Assembly (NCBI GenBank): GCA_964016885.1
Contig: OZ024741.1
Span: 248,186,001 to 248,250,000, forward strand
Direction of reading: 5' to 3'
Origin: Eledone cirrhosa
Lineage: Eukaryota
DNA length: 64,000 nt
The number at the start of each line of letters is the position of its first letter. Within the stretch, counting starts at the first letter, position 1. The position numbers and the translations under genes are program-made. The notes beneath the pieces are model-generated. The model did not search any database, was not told the DNA's origin, and saw nothing but the letters and a program-made list of their open reading frames with translations. Below are positions 53,701-64,000 of this stretch, in pieces.

Positions 53701-56700
53701 TATCTCCCCTTGGACGGCTGGAAATTATCTCCCCTTGCACGGCTGGAAATTATCTCCCCTTGGACGGCTAGAAATTACCTCTCCTTGGACGGCTGAAAAT
53801 TATCTCCCCTTGGACGGCTGGAAATTATCTCCCCCTGATTTTTTTTACAAATTATCTCCCCTTGCACGGCTGGAAATTATCTCCCCTTGGACGGCTGGAA
53901 ATTATCTGCCCTTGATTTAGTTTTTACAAATTATCTCCCCCTGATTTTTTTTACAAATTATCTCCACCTGATATTTTAAAAAATTATCTCCCCTTGGACG
54001 GCTGGAAATTATCTCCCCTTGGCTGGAAATTATCTCCCCTTGGACGGCTAGAAATTATCTCTCTTTGGACGGCTGGAAATTATCTCCCCTTGATTCTTTT
54101 TACAAATTATCTCCCCCTGATTTTTTTTACAAATCTACCATTGATTTTTTAAAAAAAATTATCTCCCCTTCGCTGGCTGGAAATTATCTCCCCTTGGACG
54201 CTGGAAATTATAGCCCCTTGGAGGCTGGAAATTATCTTCCCTTGGACGGCTGGAAATTATCTCCCCTTGATTTTTTTTACAAATTATCTCCCCCTGATTT
54301 TTTTTTTACAAATTATATCCGCCTGAATTTTTTTAAAAAATGATCTCCCCTTGGACGGCTGGAAATTATCTCCCCTTGGACGGCTGGAAATGATCTCCCC
54401 TTGGACGGCTAGAAATTACCTCTCCTTGGACGGCTGAAAATTATCTCCCCTTGATTTTTTTTACAAATTATCTCCCCCTGATTTGTTTTTTTACAAATTA
54501 TCTCCCCCTGATTTTATTTTACATATTATCTACCCCTGATTTTTTTTTACAAATTATCTCCCTGACTTTTTTACAAATTATCTCCCCCTGATTTTTTTTT
54601 TACAAATTATCTCCCCCTGATTTATTTTACAAATTATCTCCGCCTGATTTTTTTAAATATTATCTTCCCTTGGAAATAATCTCCCCTTGGACGGCTGGAA
54701 ATTATCTCCCCTTGGAAGGATGGAAATTATCTCCCCTTGGACGGCTGGAAATTATCTCCCCTTGCACGGCTGGAAATTATCTCCCCTTGGACGGCTAGAA
54801 ATTATCTCTCTTTGGACGGCTGGAAATTATCTCCCCTTGATTTTTTTTACAAATTATCTCCCCCTGATTTTTTTTACAAATCTCCCAGTGATTTTTTAAA
54901 AAAAATTATCTCCCTTTCGCTGGCTGGAAATTATAGCCCCTTGGAGGGCTGGAAATTATCTTCCCTTGGACGGCAAGAAATTATCTCCCCTTGATTTTTT
55001 TACATATTATCTCCCCCTGATTTTTTTTTACAAATTATCTCCCCCTGATTTTTTTTTTACAAATTATCTCCGCCTGATTTTTTAAAAAAAATTATCTCCC
55101 CTTGGACGGCTGGAAATTATCTCCCCTTGGACGGCTGGAAATTATCTCCCCTTGGACGGCTAGAAATTACCTCTCCTTGGACGGCTGAAAATTATCTCCC
55201 CTTGGACGCTGGAAATTATAGCCCCTTGGAGGCTGGAAATTATCTTCCCTTGGACGGCTGGAAATTATCTCCCCTTGATTTTTTTTACAAATTATCTCCC
55301 CCTGATTTTTTTTTACAAATTATCTCCCCCTGATTTTTTTTTTACAAATTATATCCGCCTGATTTTTTTTTAAAAATGATCTCCCCTTGGACGGCTGGAA
55401 ATGATCTCCCCTTAATTTTTTTTACAAATTATCTCCCCCTGATTTTTTTTTTTACAAATTATCTCCCCCTGATTTTATTTTACATATTATCTACCCCTGA
55501 TTTTTTTTCACAAATTATCTCCCTGACTTTTTTACAAATTATCTCCCCCTGATTTTTTTTTTACAAATTATCTCCCCCTGATTTATTTTACAAATTATCT
55601 CCGCCTGATTTTTTTAAATATTATCTTCCCTTGGAAATAATCTCCCCTTGGACGGCTGGAAATTATCTCCCCTTGGAAAGATGGAAATTATCTCCCCTTG
55701 GACGGCTGGAAATTATCTCCCCTTGCACGGCTGGAAATTATCTCCCCTTGGACGGCTAGAAATTATCTCTCTTTGGACGGCTGGAAATTATCTCCCCTTG
55801 ATTTTTTTTACAAATTATCTCCCCCTGATTTTTTTTACAAATCTCCCAGTGATTTTTAAAAAAAAATTATCTCCCTTTCGCTGGCTGGAAATTATCTCCC
55901 CTTGGACGCTGGAAATTATAGCCCCTTGGAGGGCTGGAAATTATCTTCCCTTGGACGGCTGGAAATTATCTCCCCTTGATTTTTTTACATATTATCTCCA
56001 CCTGATTTTTTTTTACAAATTATCTCCCCGATTTTTTTTTACAAATTATCTCCCCCTGATTTTTTTTTTACAAATTATCTCCGCCTGATTTTTTTAAAAA
56101 AATTATCTCCCCTTGGACGGCTGGAAATTATCTCCCCTTGGACGGCTGGAAATTATCTCCCCTTGGACGGCTAGAAATTACCTCTCCTTGGACGGCTGAA
56201 AATTATCTCCCCTTGGACGGCTGGAAAATATTTCCCCTTGATTTTTTTACAAATTATCTCCCCCTGATTTTTTTTACAAATTATCTCCCCCTGATTTTTT
56301 TTTTACAAATTATCTCCCCCTGATTTTTTTTTACAAATTATCTCCCCCTGATTTTTTTACAAATTATCTCCCCTTGGCTGGCTGGAAATTATCTCCCCTT
56401 GGAGGCTGGAATTTATCTCCCCTTGGACGGCTGGAAATTATCTCCCCTTGGACGGCTAGAAATTACCTCTCCTTGGACGGCTGGAAATTATCTTCCCTTG
56501 AACGGCTGGAAATTATCTCCCCTTGGACGGCTGGAAATGATCTCCCCTTGGACGGCTGGAAATTATCTCCCCTTGGAAGGATGGAAATTATCTCCCCTTG
56601 GACGGCTGGAAATTATCTCCCCTTGCACGGCTGGAAATTATCTCCCCTTGGACGGCTAGAAATTATCTCTCTTTGGACGGCTGGAAATTATCTCCCCTTG

Positions 56701-59700
56701 ATTTTTTTTACAAATTATCTCCCCCTGATTTTTTTTACAAATCTCCCAGTGATTTTTAAAAAAAAATTATCTCCCTTTCGCTGGCTGGAAATTATAGCCC
56801 CTTGGAGGGCTGGAAATTATCTTCCCTTGGACGGCAAGAAATTATCTCCCCTTGATTTTTTTACATATTATCTCCCCCTGATTTTTTTTTATAAATTATC
56901 TCCCCCTGATTTTTTTTTTACAAATTATCTCCGCCTGATTTTTTTAAAAAAATTATCTCCCCTTGGACGGCTGGAAATTATCTCCCCTTGGACGGCTGGA
57001 AATTATCTCCCCTTGGACGGCTAGAAATTACCTCTCCTTGGACGGCTGAAAATTATCTCCCCTTGGACGCTGGAAATTATAGCCCCTTGGAGGCTGGAAA
57101 TTATCTTCCCTTGGACGGCTGGAAATTATCTCCCCTTGATTTTTTTTACAAATTATCTCCCCCTGATTTTTTTTTACAAATTATCTCCCCCTGATTTTTT
57201 TTTTACAAATTATATCCGCCTGATTTTTTTTTAAAAATGATCTCCCCTTGGACGGCTGGAAATTATCTCCCCTTGGACGGCTGGAAATGATCTCCCCTTG
57301 GACGGCAAGAAATTACCTCTCCTTGGACGGCTGAAAATTATCTCCCCTTAATTTTTTTTACAAATTATCTCCCCCTGATTTTTTTTTTTACAAATTATCT
57401 CCCCCTGATTTTATTTTACATATTATCTACCCCTGATTTTTTTTCACAAATTATCTCCCTGACTTTTTTACAAATTATCTCCCCCTGATTTTTTTTTTAC
57501 AAATTATCTCCCCCTGATTTATTTTACAAATTATCTCCGCCTGATTTTTTTAAATATTATCTTCCCTTGGAAATAATCTCCCCTTGGACGGCTGGAAATT
57601 ATCTCCCCTTGGAAGGTTGGAAATTATCTCCCCTTGGACGGCTGGAAATTATCTCCCCTTGCACGGCTGGAAATTATCTCCCCTTGGACGGCTAGAAATT
57701 ATCTCTCTTTGGAGGCTGGAAATTATCTCCCCTTGATTTTTTTTACAAATTATCTCCCCCTGATTTTTTTTACAAATCTCCAAGTGATTTTTAAAAAAAA
57801 ATTATCTCCCTTTCGCTGGCTGGAAATTATCTCCCCTTGGACGCTGGAAATTATAGCCCCTTGGAGGGCTGGAAATTATCTTCCCTTGGACGGCTGGAAA
57901 TTATCTCCCCTTGATTTTTTTACATATTATCTCCACCTGATTTTTTTTTACAAATTATCTCCCCGATTTTTTTTTACAAATTATCTCCCCCTGATTTTTT
58001 TTTTACAAATTATCTCCGCCTGATTTTTTTAAAAAAATTATCTCCCCTTGGACCGCTGGAAATTATCTCCCCTTGGACGGCTGGAAATTATCTCCCCTTG
58101 GACGGCTAGAAATTACCTCTCCTTGGACGGCTGAAAATTATCTCCCCCTGATTTTTTTTACAAATTATCTCCCCCTGATTTTTTTTTTACAAATTATCTC
58201 CCCCTGATTTTTTTTTACAAATTATCTCCCCCTGATTTTTTTACAAATTATCTCCCCTTGGCTGGCTGGAAATTATCTCCCCTTGGAGGCTGGAATTTAT
58301 CTCCCCTTGGACGGCTGGAAATTATCTCCCCTTGGACGGCTAGAAATTACCTCTCCTTGGACGGCTGGAAATTATCTTCCCTTGAACGGCTGGAAATTAT
58401 CTCCCCTTGGACGGCTGGAAATGATCTCCCCTTGGACGGCTGGAAATTATCTCCCCTTGGACGGCTAGAAATTACCTCTCCTTCGACGGCTGGAAATTAT
58501 CTCCCCTTGGACGGCTGGAAATTATCTCCCCTTGGACGGCTGGAAATTATTTCCCCTTGATTTTTTTTACAAATTATCTCCCCCTGATTTTTTTTACAAA
58601 TCTCCCCCTAATTTAAAAAAAAATTATCTCCCCTTCGCTGGCTGGAAATTATCTCCCTTTGGACGGCTGGAAATTATAGCTGCTTGTAGGGCTGGAAATT
58701 ATCTCCTCTTGGACGGCTGGAAATTATCTCCCCTTGATTTTTTTTACTAATTATCTCCCCCTGATTTTTTTTTACAAATTATCTCCGCCTGATTTTTTAA
58801 AAAAAATTATCTCCCCTTGGCTGGATGGAAATTTTCTCCCCTTGGACGGCTGGAAATTATCTCCCCTTTATGTCTTCTACAAATTATCTTCCCCTGATTT
58901 TTTTTTTACAAACTATCTCTGCCTGATTTTTTTTACAAATATCTCCCCTTGGCTGGCTGGAAATTATCTCCCCTTGGCTGGCTGGAAATTATCTCCCCTT
59001 GGGCGGCTGGAAATTATCTCCCCTTGGACGCCTAGAAATTACCTCTACTTGGACAGCTGTAAATTATCTCCCCTTGGACGGCTGGAAATTATCTCGACTT
59101 GGACGGCTGGAAATTATCTCCCCTTGATTTTGTATACAAATTATCTCCCCCTGATATTTTTTTACAAATTATCTGCCCCTGATTATTTTTTTACAAATTA
59201 GCTCCGCCTGATTTTTTTTAAAAATTATCTCCCCTTGGACGGCTGGAAATTATCTCCCCTTGGACGGCTGGAAATTATCTCCCCTTGAACGGCTAGAAAT
59301 TACCTCTCCTTGGACGGCTGAAAATTATCTCCCCTTGGACGGCTGGAAATTATCTCACCTTGATTTTTTACAAATTATCTCCCCCTGATTTTTTTTACAA
59401 ATTATCTCCCCCTGATTTTTTTTACAAATTATCTACCCCTGATTTTTTTTACAAATCTCCCAGTGATTTTTAAAAAAAAATTATCTCCCCTTCGCTGGCT
59501 GGAAATTATCTCCCCTTGGACGCTGGAAATTATAGCCCCTTGGAGGGCTGGAAGTTATCTTTCCCTGGAGGGCTGGAAATTATCTTCCCTTGGACGGCTG
59601 GAAATTATCTCCCCTTGATTTTTTTTACAAATTATCTCCCACTGATTTTTTTTTACAAATTATCTCCCCCTGATTTTTTTTTACAAATTATCTCCGCCTG

Positions 59701-62700
59701 ATTTTTTTTAAAAATTATCTCCCCTTGGACGGCTGGAAATTATCTCCCCTTGGACGGCTGGAAATTATCTCCCCTTGAACGGCTAGAAATTACCTCTCCT
59801 TGGACGGCTGGAAATTATCTCCCCTTGGACGGCTAGAAATTACCTCTCCTTGGACGGCTGAAAATTATCTTCCCTTGGACGGCTGGAAATTATCTCCCCT
59901 TGATTTTTTTTTACAAATTATCTCCCTGACTTTTTTACAAATTATCTCCCCCTGATTTTTTTTTTACAAATTATCTCCCCCTGATTTATTTTACAAATTA
60001 TCTCCGCCTGATTTTTTTAAATATTATCTTCCCTTGGAAATAATCTCCCCTTGGACGGCTGGAAATTATCTCCCCTTGGAAGGTTGGAAATTATCTCCCC
60101 TTGGACGGCTGGAAATTATCTCCCCTTGCACGGCTGGAAATTATCTCCCCTTGGACGGCTAGAAATTATCTCTCTTTGGAGGCTGGAAATTATCTCCCCT
60201 TGATTTTTTTTACAAATTATCTCCCCCTGATTTTTTTTACAAATCTCCAAGTGATTTTTAAAAAAAAATTATCTCCCTTTCGCTGGCTGGAAATTATCTC
60301 CCCTTGGACGCTGGAAATTATAGCCCCTTGGAGGGCTGGAAATTATCTTCCCTTGGACGGCTGGAAATTATCTCCCCTTGATTTTTTTACATATTATCTC
60401 CACCTGATTTTTTTTTACAAATTATCTCCCCGATTTTTTTTTACAAATTATCTCCCCCTGATTTTTTTTTTACAAATTATCTCCGCCTGATTTTTTTAAA
60501 AAAATTATCTCCCCTTGGACCGCTGGAAATTATCTCCCCTTGGACGGCTGGAAATTATCTCCCCTTGGACGGCTAGAAATTACCTCTCCTTGGACGGCTG
60601 AAAATTATCTCCCCTTGGACGGCTGGAAAATATTTCCCCTTGATTTTTTTACAAATTATCTCCCCCTGATTTTTTTTACAAATTATCTCCCCTTGATTTT
60701 TTTACAAATTATCTCCCCCTGATTTTTTTTTACCAATCTACCCCTGATTTAAAAAAAAAAATTATCTCCCCTTCGCTGGCTGGAAATTATCTCCCCTTGG
60801 ACGGCTGGAAATTATCTCCCCTTGATTTTTTTTACAAATTATCTACCCCTGATTTTTTTACAAATTATCTCCCCCTGATTTTTTTTTACAAATTATCTCC
60901 CCCTGATTTTTTTTTTTTACAAATTATCTCCGCCTGATTTTTTTAAAATTATCTCCCCTTGGCTGGATGGAAATTATCTCCCCTTGGACGGCTGGAAATT
61001 ATCTCCCCTTGGAAGGATGGAAATTATCTCCCCTTGGACGGCTGGAAATTATCTCCCCTTGCACGGCTGGAAATTATCTCCCCTTGGACGGCTAGAAATT
61101 ACCTCTCCTTGGACGGCTGAAAATTATCTCCCCTTGGACGGCTGGAAATTATCTCCCCCTGATTTTTTTTACAAATTATCTCCCCTTGCACGGCTGGAAA
61201 TTATCTCCCCTTGGACGGCTGGAAATTATCTGCCCTTGATTTAGTTTTTACAAATTATCTCCCCCTGATTTTTTTTACAAATTATCTCCACCTGATATTT
61301 TAAAAAATTATCTCCCCTTGGACGGCTGGAAATTATCTCCCCTTGGCTGGAAATTATCTCCCCTTGGACGGCTAGAAATTATCTCTCTTTGGACGGCTGG
61401 AAATTATCTCCCCTTGATTCTTTTTACAAATTATCTCCCCCTGATTTTTTTTACAAATCTACCATTGATTTTTTAAAAAAAATTATCTCCCCTTCGCTGG
61501 CTGGAAATTATCTCCCCTTGGACGCTGGAAATTATAGCCCCTTGGAGGCTGGAAATTATCTTCCCTTGGACGGCTGGAAATTATCTCCCCTTGATTTTTT
61601 TTACAAATTATCTCCCCCTGATGTTTTTTTACAAATCTCCACCTAATTAAAAAAAAAAATTATCTCCCCTTCGCTGGCTGGAAATTATCTTCCTTTGGAC
61701 GGCTGGAAATTATAGCCGCTTGTAGGGCTGAAAATTATCTCCCCTTGGACGGCTGGAAATTATCTCCCCTTGATTTTTTTTACTAAGTATCTCACCCTGA
61801 TTTTTTTTTACAAATTATCTCCGCCTGATTTTTAAAAAAAAATTATCTCCCCTTGGCTGGATGGAAATTATCTCCCCTTGGACGGCTGGAAATTATCTCC
61901 CCTTGATTTCTTCTACAAATTATCTACCCCTGATTTTTTTTTCACAAATTATCTCTCCCTGATTTTTTTTTACAAATATCTCCCCTTGGCTGGCTGGAAA
62001 TTAACTCCCGCTGATATTTTTTTACAAATTAGCTCCCCCTGATTTTTTTTTTCAAATTATCTCCCCCTGATTTTTTTCACAAATTATCTCCCCCTGATTT
62101 TTTTTACAAATTATCTCCCCTGATTTTAAAAAAAAAATTATCTCCCCTTGGACGGCTGGAAATTATCGCCCCCTGATTTTTTTTAACAAATTATCACCAC
62201 CTGATTTTTTTTACAAATCATCTCCGCCTGATTTTTTTAAAATATTATCTCCCTTGGCTTGCTGGAAATTATCTCCCCTTGGACGGCTATAAATTATCTC
62301 TCCTTCGACGGCTGGAAATTATCTCCCCTTGATTTTTTTACAAATTATCTCCCCCTGATTTTTTTTTACCAATCTACCCCTGATTTAAAAAAAAAAATTA
62401 TCTCCCCTTCGCTGGCTGGAAATTATCTCCCCTTGGACGGCTGGAAATTATCTCCCCTTGATTTTTTTTACAAATTATCTACCCCTGATTTTTTTACAAA
62501 TTATCTCCCCCTGATTTTTTTTTACAAATTATCTCCCCCTGATTTTTTTTTTTTACAAATTATCTCCGCCTGATTTTTTTAAAATTATCTCCCCTTGGCT
62601 GGATGGAAATTATCTCCCCTTGGACGGCTGGAAATTATCTCCCCTTGGAAGGATGGAAATTATCTCCCCTTGGACGGCTGGAAATTATCTCCCCTTGCAC

Positions 62701-64000
62701 GGCTGGAAATTATCTCCCCTTGGACGGCTAGAAATTACCTCTCCTTGGACGGCTGAAAATTATCTCCCCTTGGACGGCTGGAAATTATCTCCCCCTGATT
62801 TTTTTTACAAATTATCTCCCCTTGCACGGCTGGAAATTATCTCCCCTTGGACGGCTGGAAATTATCTGCCCTTGATTTAGTTTTTACAAATTATCTCCCC
62901 CTGATTTTTTTTACAAATTATCTCCACCTGATATTTTAAAAAATTATCTCCCCTTGGACGGCTGGAAATTATCTCCCCTTGGCTGGAAATTATCTCCCCT
63001 TGGACGGCTAGAAATTATCTCTCTTTGGACGGCTGGAAATTATCTCCCCTTGATTCTTTTTACAAATTATCTCCCCCTGATTTTTTTTACAAATCTACCA
63101 TTGATTTTTTAAAAAAAATTATCTCCCCTTCGCTGGCTGGAAATTATCTCCCCTTGGACGCTGGAAATTATAGCCCCTTGGAGGCTGGAAATTATCTTCC
63201 CTTGGACGGCTGGAAATTATCTCCCCTTGATTTTTTTTACAAATTATCTCCCCCTGATTTTTTTTTTACAAATTATATCCGCCTGAATTTTTTTAAAAAA
63301 TGATCTCCCCTTGGACGGCTGGAAATTATCTCCCCTTGGACGGCTGGAAATGATCTCCCCTTGGACGGCTAGAAATTACCTCTCCTTGGACGGCTGAAAA
63401 TTATCTCCCCTTGATTTTTTTTACAAATTATCTCCCCCTGATTTGTTTTTTTACAAATTATCTCCCCCTGATTTTATTTTACATATTATCTACCCCTGAT
63501 TTTTTTTTACAAATTATCTCCCTGACTTTTTTACAAATTATCTCCCCCTGATTTTTTTTTTACAAATTATCTCCCCCTGATTTATTTTACAAATTATCTC
63601 CGCCTGATTTTTTTAAATATTATCTTCCCTTGGAAATAATCTCCCCTTGGACGGCTGGAAATTATCTCCCCTTGGAAGGATGGAAATTATCTCCCCTTGG
63701 ACGGCTGGAAATTATCTCCCCTTGCACGGCTGGAAATTATCTCCCCTTGGACGGCTAGAAATTATCTCTCTTTGGACGGCTGGAAATTATCTCCCCTTGA
63801 TTTTTTTTACAAATTATCTCCCCCTGATTTTTTTTACAAATCTCCCAGTGATTTTTTAAAAAAAATTATCTCCCTTTCGCTGGCTGGAAATTATAGCCCC
63901 TTGGAGGGCTGGAAATTATCTTCCCTTGGACGGCAAGAAATTATCTCCCCTTGATTTTTTTACATATTATCTCCCCCTGATTTTTTTTTACAAATTATCT

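Larger units (their letters stand above)
1..64000 (+). repeat. Composite two-monomer satellite array (core AAATTATCTCCCCYTG plus tail GACGGCTGG or AT(n)AC), extending past both window edges
   Basis: The core recurs every ~25-29 bp from the first to the last line, always in the same orientation. No intervening non-repeat sequence was seen. Confidence 0.99.
28126..64000 (+). repeat. ~22-kb tandem duplication: unit ~28126-50117, second copy from ~50117 to beyond the window end
   Basis: ORFs from 28156 to 35643 recur at +21,991 and those from 36318 to 41757 recur at +21,940, with one 51-bp deletion at ~58140. Private variants are retained (GGAAAGATGG 33684/55675, GATGTTTT 39680/61620). Confidence 0.95.

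Noticed and set aside
35-63954. Many plus-strand ORFs of 60-216 aa (LDGWKLSPLGRLEIISPWTAGNYLP repeats)
   Set aside because: The 25-bp A unit has no plus-strand stop codon, so three units give a 25-aa pseudo-repeat in all three frames at once. Most starts are TTG, T-tract slips shift frame freely and no domain is recognisable.
1-64000. CRISPR-like repeat/spacer architecture
   Set aside because: The constant part is only 16 bp, the spacers are ~9-14 bp and fall into two recurring classes rather than being unique, and there is no leader or cas gene.
1-64000. Telomerase-synthesised long telomeric repeat (as in the 23-25-bp repeats of some budding yeasts)
   Set aside because: The unit matches no telomeric repeat I know. 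The array is at least 64 kb, and point variants are inherited in kb-scale duplicated blocks, which indicates recombinational amplification rather than templated addition.
1-64000. A single fixed higher-order repeat period
   Set aside because: The observed offsets (315, 751, 961, 1636, 2425, 2518, 3300, 4112, 9011, 10,585, 21,991) are not multiples of a common unit larger than the monomer, and each block has only a few copies.
1-64000. Whole array as a sequencing artefact (adapter or primer concatemer)
   Set aside because: I recognise no adapter sequence, and the hierarchical, consistently inherited variants and reproducible homopolymer lengths indicate a real, evolved array.

Overview
The whole 64 kb window is one uninterrupted, single-orientation satellite DNA array (roughly 2,500 monomers, estimated as 64,000/~26). 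I see no gene, RNA gene, transposon or unique sequence, and the ORF-track entries are by-products of the repeat. Nearly every monomer has the same 16-bp core, AAATTATCTCCCCYTG, followed by one of two unrelated tails. Type A has the tail GACGGCTGG (25-bp unit, 52% GC). Type B has the tail AT(n)AC, n mostly 7-10 (26-29-bp unit, ~30% GC). A and B alternate in runs of about 1-13 units, like a two-letter code (the first 1.25 kb reads A8 B3 A4 B5 A8 B3 A2 B3 A7 B4). Run boundaries carry specific variants: CC[G/A]CCTGA-T(n)A(m) ends most B runs and a GCTGG-type tail often opens A runs. Nested, in-register duplications lie on top of this (offsets 315, 751, 1636, 2425, 2518, 3300, 4112, 9011, ~10,600 and 21,991 bp), and private variants let several of them be ordered in time. 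I cannot determine the organism or the chromosomal role (centromeric, subtelomeric or heterochromatic) from the sequence, and I do not recognise the satellite family. Offsets come from the ORF track plus spot checks by eye, not from a full alignment.
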